This document shows, one piece after another, positions 28,171-40,524 of a stretch of 64,000 nt of DNA. How positions within the stretch are numbered: the first letter of the stretch is position 1; every line of letters starts with the position of its first letter. Source of the stretch: Felis catus. Lineage: Eukaryota. The stretch is taken from assembly GCF_018350175.1 (NCBI RefSeq), contig NC_058384.1, forward strand, positions 23,684,001 through 23,748,000, in the 5' to 3' direction. The notes under the pieces were generated by a model. It made no database searches, was not told the origin of the DNA, and saw nothing but the letters and a program-made list of their open reading frames with translations. The translations under genes and the position numbers were made by a program.

Positions 28171-28265
28171 CAAGTTTTCTTGGTTCCTGGCTGCTATTTT
28201 CTGCTCCTCTTCTGCCCCATTTTTCATGTATTTGACCTCTTCCACCGGTTTGATCCTATACTCGT
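28171..28265 (-). CDS. C1orf21: C1orf21 orthologue, internal coding exon (95 bp; likely exon 3)
   Basis: Minus strand: tcttttctttttttggtgttcag|AC GAG TAT AGG ... AAC TTG|gtaaga. Translates (D)EYRIKPVEEVKYMKNGAEEEQKIAARNQENL, matching recalled human C1orf21; canonical splice sites, phase 1 to phase 0. Exon number is from memory of the human gene. Confidence 0.95.
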
Positions 28266-28310
28266 CTGAACACCAAAAAAAGAAAAGACATTTTATAACT
28301 TTCTCACAAT

Positions 28311-28313
<3 letters not shown>

Positions 28314-28358
<45 letters not shown>
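28314..28358 (+). repeat. A45 homopolymer (U45 in C1orf21 pre-mRNA)
   Basis: Direct count; lies 49-93 nt upstream of the exon acceptor. Confidence 0.95.
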
Positions 28359-28359
<1 letters not shown>

Positions 28360-30118
28360 CGTCAGTGAGAAAAGCCCCCAACAGCATAATTTGTTAGAGC
28401 CTTTTCCTGCAGCCTTTATTATGTGGTACATTTGGAACAATCTGGAAGACCCTTAACCAGCCTCTTTTTACGAGGTGCTCTCCTCTGCCTACTGGGAAGA
28501 GCTCAGCGCCATGAAGGCAGCTAATAAATGTGGCAGTGCCTGGTCCTTTCACAGACAACCAATGGCAGCAGAGAAAACAGGTTATTCCATCTCTAAAGAC
28601 CATCTGGAATCTGTACACACTAGGGCATACCACATAAGGGTCTAAAGGAAGATTTTTTTCCCCATGAGAACATCAGTTCAAACTGCCTGTGGCAGCAGTA
28701 TATTCACACCTTAATTTCTCTCTTTCGGAAAAACAAAGTATTGTTTAAGACTAAAGAGTTTAATTGATCAACAAATAGGTACAAACACTAGAGAACTGAG
28801 ATTTTCCTATTTGTGATCCCTATATTAAACATGGAGCAGTCTGCATGCTGCAGTCTGCAATGACTTCATATGCTACACACACGTGCACACAGACACACAC
28901 ACACACAACTTTGATCTCTCCATAAAGTCACATGCATATAGAGCTACACTATCCAATGGACCTAATAGGTGTATCACTCAAGGCTGGAGAGGTAGTGGGC
29001 CCCTAGGTAAAGGGATCTAGACTTCCCAACAGCCAGGGAGGGAGTACAATAAACCTCAATCTCAATATATATCACAGGACAAACTCTAGACGACATGTAG
29101 CTAAAGCTCTCCTCCAGGGCAAGTGGTAATGCCGATGACGTTTTCATCAGATTCCTGTCAACAGGAAATGACTGGGGCACCCTAAGGTCCAAATAGGCGT
29201 GACTTCGAGTCAACCCATTTGTCGGAAAAAAAAAATCACAGAAACTGTGCAAGTGGAAAATTACACCAATCAACAAACTGATGATTACCTAGCATATGGC
29301 AAGGAATAATGTCTCTGATGGTCCACCTGAAAGACAGATGTTTATCTCTAAGAAGTCTGTATTTCAGTTCATGAAGTTATAATATATTTTCTTATTGCTT
29401 ATGATCAATTTGATACAATGACTGTCTTCGTATGTAATTTCCTGCCTTATTAAAGTACCATTTTCCATCTAATGTCAGGTTTCCTCATACTACCCCTTCT
29501 CACACTACTTCCAAAGATGTTTGCTAAAGTAACATTTTCCCAAGTAATTATACTGTTCAAATGTTTCTCAATATTATCATCCTTATGAAGGTAGTATATT
29601 TGCATGTATCTGAATAAAGATTCCATGTTCATGATTAAGCTAATTGTTTTTTCCACCTGACAATTCAAGGTAGTTATTGATTCTGCTTCTAAAAAAAAAA
29701 AAAATGAGAAAGACCAGTGTGAGGTTACAGTAATGAACCTTTCAGGAATACTGAGTCCTAATGGATTATTAACAAGTTAATCAGTGGACTCTGATCCACA
29801 ATCACCATACAGAAGAATTTCACATTCCAACTTGGTATTAAAAGAAAAAAAATGAAAGTAAATTAACAAAACAGACACATTTAATTAAGGATTACTTACT
29901 AAGAAGTTAGAAAAGCACTTGGTTAATTACCAAAAAAAAAAAAAAAAAAGACATTGACAAATTATGCCTCCAATACAATTACACAGAGATAAAAATAAAG
30001 GTTAAAAAGTAAAAGTTAGAGATGAGCCTTCTTAACTTCAGTTTGGGATGTTAATATTTATAAACTATGGTTCACTTGGATAAATACTAACAATTTAACA
30101 ACTAAATTGTGATCTTAA

Positions 30119-30317
30119 AAAAAATTTTTTTAATGTTTATTTGTTTTTGAGAGAGAGAAAGAGGGAGGAAGGGGCAGAGAGAGGGGGGAACAGAGAATCC
30201 AGAGTAGGCTTCGTCCTGACATCAGAGAGACTTACGTGGGGCTCGAACTCACCAACCGTAAGATCACGACCTGATCTGAGGTCTGATGCTTAACCAACTG
30301 AGCTGCCCAGGCACTCC
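30119..30317 (-). mobile_element. Can-SINE
   Basis: Perfect 17-bp TSD ctaaattgtgatcttaa at 30102-30118 and 30318-30334. Confidence 0.92.
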
Positions 30318-33049
30318 CTAAATTGTGATCTTAATTGCTTATGGTGAGTCTCTAATTATTTATATATAAATTACATACACATACATTTTTTTAACATAAT
30401 TTTGGTAGATTTCTATGACTTTGTCTATAGAACCTTAACTCTCAGGTGACACGATGAAGAAAGCACAACATTTGAGGACCTAAGCAGAACCTTCTGAAAG
30501 ATGGTACTTTGCGCACCACACAGCGAAGCGTCTGTTCTAGAGAAAATCCGCCCGTGCCTTGTTTCCTCCTCTCCATCCACCAAGCCACCACAGCCCACCA
30601 TCCACAATCTCTGAGCAGTCCAGCAATATTCAGTCTTCATTTGCTTTTTATCCCTCCAAGGAATGCAACTGAATTGAAAGCAGTAGACAAACTATTAATA
30701 TTTTCCTAATATTTTTCTTCAATGAAATGGGAAAGCCGCTGGCTACATGACTTTCAGAGCAGCATTATCCCCCACATAGGCTTTTTTTTAAACACCAAGG
30801 CAGAATCATCACCAATTCAGAAAGAGGATAGGTTTTTAGTGTCTCATTAACAACCACAGCTGGCCAGCCAATGGTGGATACGACTGGATACAAAGAAAGA
30901 AAAAAAACACAGAGCCACGACTACAAAGCCGGACCTATCATTATTACTTACACAACACACTGCATAAAATCCGTTGTGGTATAAAACAAAAAAAGCCAGC
31001 GAGACCTTTAGATAAACCACAATTTGTACAAAACAAATACTTAAAAATGATTTGTTAAATTTCTCAAAGCCTGGTGCTGGGAATGAGGATGTCCATCTGG
31101 AAACAGACAACTCATCAACAAACGTGTCACACATTTCCATGGCGATGCAGCCGTCAGGAGTGGCACTCGCCAACAAGCCTCTGTGCAGACGAATGGAGTA
31201 TTTCGGGTTCTGACAGTGAAACAGCCAAACAAAAATCCAGTTTTGCTTTTGTTTAAGGCACAAGGGAATCAATGTGGGATTCTGGGTCCCCTTAATCAAG
31301 CCCCACCCTAGAGGCAATTAGCACAGCCACCGGTATAAGCCAGAGAATCCTGGCAGCAAAATAATGTGCCAACTTGATTAAGAGGAGGGACAAGTAGGAC
31401 CATCTTCCTCTGGCTCCCTCGCACCTGTTCACAATTTTTCTTTTCTTCCTGTTGATCTTGTCAGGTGGCCTATTAAAATGCACGTCGGGAACAGTAGGCT
31501 GATGCCCCGTTCGGAACCTGCTCCCCCTTCTCTCTATGTAAACAGTCGCAAGCTGTGCTAGTCAAAACAGATCTGGGGTAAAAGCAACGCGTTGGTGATA
31601 TTTTTAGCATTTTATTCCCCAGATTACATCAGAGAGAGGCCGGATTGTTTTCATGGCAGCTCCAACATCAAGAAACACAGTTTCCCACCAAATCTCTGGG
31701 CTTCATTTTTGATGTACAGTATATCATATACACATGTATACAATATTACAGTTTTTAGAGCTAGGAAGGGATCAGCTGGCTGGACTTGCTTTAGGCAGTA
31801 TAGAATCACCCCATTTTCTGGATCCTGTCAATTCTTCCATTATCAACAACTCACTGGTCCTACCCCAGTTCTTCCAAGCTTTGCTATAAGGTTACCTTTA
31901 TAATCAATGACACTGGCTTTAAAATGAGCCAGTTAGATGGAGGTAAGTGCTGGAGGGAGCTTACAATGCCAGAATTATTTAAAAAAAAGTTAAGTTTTCA
32001 TAAATGGATACATTAGATGGGGAAGGAAGAAAAGCAGAACGCCATATATGCTACTCTCTCTGGTCAGAAGGGTTCTCACAGTTGTTTACTAAAATGGTGA
32101 AATCTGCATCTACTTTCATACCTTCTCACCCAGTCTTGTTTTGACCAATGACACATATGTGATAACAAGTTTTTTTTTTTTCCAAGACTGTTCCAATTCC
32201 ATAAATTCTGTGTGAATATCCTCATATTAAAGATGTCCAACATCTGGGCATTTTAACTGAATGCTCTGAATTGCCTCTTCATCCCGAATCTGCACAAAGA
32301 TTCTCTGGTAGACTATTATTATATGCTTAGGAAAATACGAGAGCTTGGGAAAGGCATTACAAGAAGTATTTACAAACATAAGGCAACGAAAGGGGAAAAA
32401 CTATTCTACCCTATAGCATATATTTGTTCCCCCTGGGTTCCTCCCATTGAACAGCCTGTCTCCCAAGCTAACTAAATTTGAGCCTTAAAATCCCAGCACA
32501 ACTTCAAATTCTTGCCTAGGACCCTTATTTCCTTAACTTGGTAGGATTTTTCAGGGGACAAGTATTCACCTGGCTAAAAGCTCAGTTAGCTTCTAGAGCT
32601 GGAATGTCTAGCCATATGACACCTTGCTGTGTCTTGATTTCTTCACTGGTAAGATGTGAGTATTGCCAGTACCTAATCTCACACAGAGTCACATGAAGTA
32701 ATACATGTGCCTAGTCCATAGTAAAGACTCAATAAATGTTAGCTGCTGCCTTAGCAAACTCTGGTTCTGCCAGTAATACTATTGCTAATGTACAAAACCC
32801 ATCAAGGTATAAAAAGAAAGAGCATAATATAAACATCAGTAATTAACCAAAAATTGTGACTTAACTATGTTAACAAATGAGGACAGAGGAATTAAGAAGG
32901 GGGCTTATCATCCATAATAAGCCTTACTATTTTTTTTAGCCATGTGATATATTACTTTAGTCAAAATACCAATTAAAGTACCATATTACTTTAGTTAAAA
33001 TAATTTTTAAAGAATAACTTTTATGACTGGGAAAAGAAAAGCGATCATA

Positions 33050-33265
33050 GGGGTGCCTGGGTGGCTCAGTCGGTTAAGCGTCTGGCTTTGGCTCAGGTCA
33101 TGATCTCACGGGTTGTAAGTTCGAGCCCCATGTGGAGCTCTGTGCTGATAGCTCGGAGCCCGGAGCCTGCTTTCGATTCTGTGTCTCCTCTCTCTCTGCC
33201 CCTCCCCTGCTCATGCTCTCTATCTCTCAAGAATAAATAAACTTGAAAAAATTTTTTTCAAAAAA
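33050..33265 (+). mobile_element. Can-SINE
   Basis: 18-bp TSD gaaaagaaaagcgatcat at 33031-33048 and 33266-33283. Confidence 0.93.
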
Positions 33266-34138
33266 GAAAAGAAAAGCGATCATTATTTAAGTGAAATCAG
33301 GGGTACAACAAAATAATGCTCCCTCTATCCTCCTTTATATCCTCACTCAGTGATTGCCTTTGGGACAGCCTCAGCATAGCCTACCTTGAGGGCCAAGAGT
33401 GAACAAGAAAGATTCCAATTCAGAACAGACAAAATGATTGTTTTAGAGCAAGAGCAGTAGAGGCAGCTCTAAAAACTACCCTTTTCTGGGAGGACAAAGA
33501 GGAGGACTCTCTAAAACTACAAGCCAAAGATGGATAGATGGGTCAACCGCTTTAGGAAAATGTGGGTTCTCACTCTGGGGGGCTCTAGCTCATCAGTTGT
33601 TCCGGCTTCCATCCGTTTTTCATTCAACAAACAGCAATTAACATGTGCTGTGTGCTAAGCCCTGGTCTTTCTTCGGGGGTCACCAGATGCAGTCCACTAC
33701 GTAGACTACATGCCTGCACATAGTCTCTGGCACACACAAGGTATTTAATAAAACTTTCTCAAAAAAGAGAGAATAAAAACAGAGAGCTGACTTTAGTTCA
33801 TAAATGAATGAATGTTTCCCCTAATCAGTGAGTGCTTTTAGTCCTGTTTGTCTCAGGGGTCCATCTGTTTTTTTTTTTCCCCTGCTAGATTCTCCAAGGA
33901 AGGAAAAGGATCTCTAAATGGGAAAAAAAAATCCTATTCTTTGCATTTTTTTTGCACACAAATGCAATGGGTGTGAAACTGCTCTTTCGAGTCTACCTCT
34001 GGTCTATGGATGTACTCCATGTGGCATTCTTAGCTGAGCTCTGAGGCACACCTCAGACGTGGTGCAGGTTTAGTTCCACACCACTATAATAAAGCAAATA
34101 TTGCAATAAAGGGAGTCAAATACATGCTCTGGTTTCCC

Positions 34139-34664
34139 TCTACATTTGGGATTACATTNNNNNNNNNNNNNNNNNNNNNNNNNNNNNNNNNNNNNNNNNN
34201 NNNNNNNNNNNNNNNNNNNNNNNNNNNNNNNNNNNNNNNNNNNNNNNNNNNNNNNNNNNNNNNNNNNNNNNNNNNNNNNNNNNNNNNNNNNNNNNTGCTA
34301 GGCCCATGGAGTACAGTGGATATCAAATTGTTTTGATATCAGAAATAATTAAGGAATAATAATTTTAGATCATTTTCAAAAACAGCAACCCATGTATTTC
34401 CTACAATTTCACTTCTAGGACCCTAACGTAAAGAAACTGGATCCCAAAGATTACAGGTGAAGTCCGTATTCGGCTGAAACAAGCTGAAAGAACTGTGGAC
34501 TGACAGTGACAAATGTGGAGTGAGCCGAAGTTCTTTTCAAAAGGGCTATTTTGAAGATTATGATTCTGACTTTGAAGGCACAATGGTGATTGGCGGTGGA
34601 AGGAACCACATGTAAAATTCCTTCAATAAAAATGTGTTAACTTAAAAAAACAAGAAATAGAAAT
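34139..34664 (+). other. Non-Tigger insertion with AATAAA and A-rich tail (putative retroposed fragment)
   Basis: Tigger similarity stops after ggtttccc (~34138) and resumes at aaaagtactttattgctaaaa (~34665); AATAAA 34625-34630; A-rich run from 34644. Confidence 0.6.
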
Positions 34665-34690
34665 AAAAGTACTTTATTGCTAAAAAAATG

Positions 34691-36388
34691 CTAACCATCA
34701 TGTGAGCTTCTAGCAAGTTGTAATCTTTTTACTAGTGGAGGGTCTTGCCTTGATGTTGACGTTGGCTGACTGATCAGGGTGGTGGCTGTTGAACATTGGG
34801 GCGTCTGCGGCAGTTTCTTAAAATAAGACAGCAATGAAGACTGTCACATCAACGGAATCTTTCTTTCATGAACAATTTCTCTGTAGCATGTTTGATGGCA
34901 TTTTACCCACGGGAGAACTTCTTTCAAAACTGGACTCAATCCTCTCCAACCATCTTTTGTTGCCATTTCAACAATCTCCAAGGCATCTTCACCAGGAGTA
35001 GATTCCATCTCAAGAAACCACTTTCTTTTGCTTATCCCTCAGATGCAGCGCTTCATCAGTTCAAATTTGATCATGAGATTGTAGNNNNNNNNNNNNNNNN
35101 NNNNNNNNNNNNNNNNNNNNNNNNNNNNNNNNNNNNNNNNNNNNNNNNNNNNNNNNNNNNNNNNNNNNNNNNNNNNNNNNNNNNNNNNNNNNNNNNNNNN
35201 NNNNNNNNNNNNNNNNNNNNNNNNNNNNNNNNNNNNNNNNNNNNNNNNNNNNNNNNNNNNNNNNNNNNNNNNNNNNNNNNNNNNNNNNNNNNNNNNNNNN
35301 NNNNNNNNNNNNNNNNNNNNNNNNNNNNNNNNNNNNNNNNNNNNNNNNNNNNTAGCTATTGTGCTACAAAATGTATTTCTTAAATAATAAGACTTCAAAA
35401 TCAAAATTATTCCTGGTCCACAGGCTGTAGAGTGGATACCAGTATTAGCTGGTGTAAAAACAACATTAATCTCATTTTATGTCTCCATTAGAGCTCCTGG
35501 GTGAGCAGGTATATTGCTAATGAGTGGTAATATTGTGGGGAAAAAATATTGAGCAGATCTCAACAATGGGCTTAAAATATTCAGTAAACCACACTGTAAA
35601 CAGATGTGCTGTCATCCAAGATTTGCTGTTCCACTTCCAGAGCATGGGCCAAGTATTTTTAGCATAATTCTAAGAGCTGAGGGTTTTCGGAATGGGAAAT
35701 GGGCACTGGCTTCCACCTCAAGCCACCAGCTGCATGGGCCCCTAACAAGAGAGCCAGCCTGTCCTTTGAAGCTTTGAAGCCAGACACTGACTTCTCTGTA
35801 GCTATGAAAGTTCTAGATGGCATCTAGAAAGTTTTTGTAGGCATCTCGAAGGTTGTCACATCCATGCTGGAAATCTGGTTTAGTGCAGCCACCTTCCTGG
35901 ATTATCCAGCTAGACCTTCTGGAGAACTTGCTGTAGCTTCTACATCAGCACCTGTGGCTTCATCTTGCACTTTGTTACAGAGATGGCTTCTTTCCTTAAA
36001 CCTTATGAACTAGCTTCCGCTAGCTTCCAACTTTTCTTCCGTAGCTTCCTCACCTCTCAGCCTTCACAGAATTGAAGAGAATTAGGGCCTTGCCCTGGAT
36101 CCGGTTTTGGCTTAAGGGAAGGTTGTGGCTGGTTTGATCCTCTATGCAAACCACTAAAACCTCCTCCATATGGGCAACTGGTCTACTTCACTTTCCTATC
36201 ATTTGTGTGTTCACCGAGGTAGCACTTATAATTTACTTCAAGAACTTCTCCTTTGCACTCCCAACATGGCTATTCGGTACAAGTGGCCTAGCTTTTGTGC
36301 TTTCCTCCCTAAACTTCAACATTTCTAGCTTTTGATTTACAGTGAGAGACGTGTGACTCTTCCTTCCACCTGAACACTTAGAGGCCAC
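34691..36388 (-). pseudogene. Decayed Tigger1 (pogo/CENP-B-like) transposase ORF
   Basis: Start codon position reads GTG (36386-36388); frameshifts and stops; TAG at 34691-34693 at the position of the consensus C-terminal stop. Confidence 0.85.
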
Positions 36389-38100
36389 TGTTGGGATATC
36401 CATTGCCCTAATTTCAATATTGTGTCTCAGAGGCTCGGGAGGCCTGAGGAGAGGGAAGGAGATGGGCAAACGGCCAATGAAGCAGTCAGGACACACACAT
36501 TTATCAATTAAGTCACCATCGTATATGGGTGTGGCCTGGGGTGCCCCAAACAGTCACAATAGTAACATCAAAGATAACTGATCACAGGTCATCATACAAG
36601 TATAATAATAACGGAAGGTTTGAAATATTACGAGAATGACCGAAATGTGACACTGAGACACAAAGTGAGCAAATGCTGTCGGAAAAATGGCTCTGACNNN
36701 NNNNNNNNNNNNNNNNNNNNNNNNNNNNNNNNNNNNNNNNNNNNNNNNNNNNNNNNNNNNNNNNNNNNNNNNNNNNNNNNNNNNNNNNNNNNNNNNNNNN
36801 NNNNNNNNNNNNNNNNNNNNNNNNNNNNNNTTTTGAACTGATCTCACCTTTCCTATCATCCTCCTCTTAAAATACATTTTGTGATTCTTATTTTTACAGG
36901 AATAGGTCAGTGCCTGATAAGCTAGACTGAACAGGATTTTGTTACAGAGACATTAAAGAACAGAGAATAGTGAGAGCTTTGACGACTTCAGCATATCTAA
37001 CCCTGGTTCACCTTCTACACTGTCATCTGGAAATCTTGCACTGACTACCTCTGAGAACCTGCTATGTGCTGGGGTCTGTGATAAGCAATAAAGGGGTTAT
37101 GGAGGAGGCCAGGGACACAGTGCCCAAGGAAAAGCAGCTGTCTTGAGGGGAAGACTCACGCTCTGAGCACCCCTCGGCTATCTGGAGCACATTCCTCAGC
37201 ACACACAGACTGACCACATTCCACTGAGCCACTGCTCACCAGGGCTGATTCTAAATCTGGAACAATCTTAGGCAAAGCCGAGACGCAACTGAAGGAGCTC
37301 ATATACCATTCTCAATTTCTCTGAGTCAGGCAGTCCCTTAGCGATAATTACCATAGCCTCACTTGTAGAAAGTGATTTTGCTCCTTCCAATATAATAGTT
37401 TTTATTAAGCAATTTCTAGGGTAATTGCAAACTGCCCATTCTAAATGTTTTGAACACTTCAAAATAAGGCTTTGGTACATTTAATATAAAACACTATCAG
37501 TTCTTTTCAGAATATGTCTCAAATCAACCTAAGAAAGGAAAAGTAATTTCAAATTAAGATTGTTTGACACATTAAGTTCTAACGATCTAAAAACAGAAGT
37601 TGTTCAAAACTAACAAGCAAGAAAATTATGTTTTCAGACTTTATATCTGTGGAAATAAGACACGGAGATGTCTGGCCCCTGGGCTTCTACCAGGAGAAGT
37701 ATGAAGATTGCATGTATTTGCACATATCCCCCTTTATCTTATCTCAAAATCCCAACATGTTAATGTCATGGAGACAGCAATTCTCATATGCCTATTGCAT
37801 CCTTATTCTCTAGTGAAACGTAATGCTTGTTTGTATTTGAAAACCAGAGATAAAAGGCCTTGGGGAGTGCTGGCTCCATTTAGTCTTGCTTCGGTGGAGT
37901 TAAACTCATTTCAGGACCTCATCCATAAAGGGTACTTTCCTTTTCAGAAATATGCAATGAACTGAAGGGCACAAGTGGTACCTAATTTTTATTTGATCTT
38001 GATGTTTCAGAATTTACCAGTGACACTGAATGCTTTTTCCATATATTGATATCACTCATTGCTACTTCTGTCTACGTGAAGTATCTCTTCATAGGCTCTA

Positions 38101-38121
38101 CCTTTTGTTGTTGTTGTTTAA

Positions 38122-38152
<31 letters not shown>

Positions 38153-38328
38153 TGTATGTATGTATGTATTTTGAGAGAGAGAGAGAGAGAAGAGTGAGAA
38201 TCCCAAGTAGGCTCTGCACTGTCAGCACAGAGCCGGATGTAGGACCCGACCCCATGAACCATTAGATCGTGACCTGAGCTGAAATCCAGAGTCAGACGCT
38301 TAACCAACTGAGCCACCCAGGCATCCCT
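38101..38328 (-). mobile_element. Can-SINE with tail-derived (TATG)n microsatellite
   Basis: tatgtatg array ~38123-38168 next to the SINE body. Confidence 0.9.
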
Positions 38329-40524
38329 GCCCTTTTTTTCTTATTGGAAGCTGTAGCATTTCTTTTACTGACCACTATGAGTTCTCTGTAAATTACAACA
38401 ATGTGTGGATACATTTCTGGCCCAAAAAGGTTTGGGCAAAAACACCTCTTGATTTTAGTTCGGACGTGAGAAAGTGGAAGGAACTAGCTGCTTTCTGTCT
38501 TGGAGTCAAATGCTGCTTTTCTGTGTTCCCTTCCTTCTTCACTTCAGCAGTATTTACCAGGCACCTACCATTTGCCAGGGAATGTAGTTCTCAGTCCTGG
38601 GGTTATGTCTAGGAGGAGGAAGCTGTCTCTTGTGAAGGAGCTCACAGCCTCCTCTGGAGGAGTGGGTGAGGAAGGATACAATAAAATAAGGGAATAGAGC
38701 ACACAGCGTCTACAGCTATGAAAGCACATGGATGGGATAGATGTGATAACAAAAAAAGAAGGGACCCCCTAAGCAAAGTTGGGGAGGGCTCTGGAGGAAG
38801 TGATATAGTTCAGTGGAGTCCTGAGGAGCACTAGCGTGTGGGGGAAGGACTCACAGGCAGCAGGTCAGTGAGTTCAAAGGCCAGAGAGAATATGGCAAAC
38901 TGGAACTACAAGTAGTTCAATATGGCCAACACGAAGAATTCCCAGGGGCACAGAGATGTAAAGAGAAGAGGCTGATAGACCCAGTCCAGGAAGACCTGAT
39001 ATGCAAGTCCCACTGAAGGGTCAGGCTCTATTCTGATTTGGACTCCCTCACCAGTGCCCAAGCTCTGAGGCCCACCATTTAGGTCAACTGTGTGTCCTTT
39101 GGACTGTCCATAACCATCTCTTCTGAAGAGACCCCAACCACCTCAATCCAAGGCTTTCTGCTTCTCTCTGAAAGAAGGTGCAGCAAAGGAAGAATGAATG
39201 TACATCTTGGGATGGACCAGTCGGTTGAGGAAGGCTAGGAAGAACACATGAATAAGACAGGGAAGGAGCCACAGAGAGTATTCACAGAAAGTCTCAACAG
39301 GGTGGAATCTTTATCCTAGATTCAGCCAATGGGTGATGCTGGGGCCCTGGGGTACAGGGAGCGTAAGGTGCAGCATCTGCCAGAAACTGCTTCCTGCCTC
39401 CCTCAACAGGCATGCCTGCAACTGAGCATGGGAAAGTACTGCAACATTAAGAATAAAGAGTGGTTGAGATGGGGGTGTATAATCTCCCAGGAGCAAAAGA
39501 GAATGCCACTGAATCTGATGCTAGCTCCCTCCCCTTCGACTGGACAACAACAGATCCCTGGACAACAGATCACTCCAGATGGAACACTGGCTGCAAAGGC
39601 CTTTCTATCCTAGACCTGCCTTTGTGGCTTCCCAACTGTGTGCCATGGAAACAGGGTACCTCTCTGAGATGTGTGCATGGGGTGCTCACGGTCTCTTAGC
39701 ATTCTTAGGTCTTGTCCATGTCTTCGACAGGACAAGACGAAAGGTGCCCACAGCTGCAAGGATGTGAGGGTGAGAAAGCCTCTCTTGCTATAGCACCTTT
39801 AATAATTAATGCTCGACCTGCGGGCCCCATTCCCAAATCATTTAATCATTCCAGAGGCCAGACAACACATTTCCTTCATTCATTTGGGGTTCATTATTCA
39901 GTGACCAGGGAACTATTATCAAGTCATTAAGGGCCCCTGGACATTCATCTTCTGACAAGCTCCAACAAAAGACCACACAACCAGATCCAAAACCAGCTTG
40001 GATTCCTTTATGAATGCATACGCACACCAAGGCTTTCATGCGGGGAGGGGGTTTAATTTCTACACCATACAGTAATAGTTTCCAGTCAAGAAACAGAATG
40101 AGTGGTTGAGGAAGATTCAGAGCTGCTTTTAGAGAGGGAGGGCATGCATGGTTGTTCTGACAGCAATAGATGAAGTTTCTCAAGAGCCCTGCTCTGACTC
40201 TTCCGTGGAGCTGGTTCCCCAGCCACCGGTGAACCACTGGGACTCTTGAAAAGTTGGAGGCCGGCTAATTCCGCTCTGCTATTCTTAGTAGGCCTCCTGT
40301 TATCCTAGATGAGAATTCGTGATAAAAGCCTGCCCGGTCATCTATTTTCTCTCCTGCTTTGATTTAATCCTCACATCAGCTCCACAAGGTGGGTATTATA
40401 CCCCCTTTTCTACACATGCAGAGATTAGTCTCTGATTGGCTGGTCAAGTGGTAACAATGGTTCAAATTCAGGTTGGCTGAGCTGGGGCCAAGTTCTTAAC
40501 CACCAAGTCAGTTGTTGTTTAATC

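Larger units (their letters stand above)
34043..36830 (-). mobile_element. Tigger1 DNA transposon fossil, near full length (one end masked)
   Basis: TIR-like gaggcacacctc at 34043; long match to recalled Tigger1 consensus; minus-strand fragments ASKCSGGRKSHTSLTVNQKLEML...AKEKFLK and KSYYLRNTF. Confidence 0.93.

Noticed and set aside
30847-31317. 156-aa minus-strand ORF
   Set aside because: Starts at TTG, Cys/Phe-rich low-information composition, no recognisable homology.
34419-34460. Resemblance of DPNVKKL to NDUFA5 (EPDVKKL)
   Set aside because: Similarity does not extend in any frame.
34868-35404. Long ORFs full of X
   Set aside because: Read-through of N blocks in Tigger1; the same applies at 14759-15190, 43835-44491, 47414-47811 and 54493-54822.
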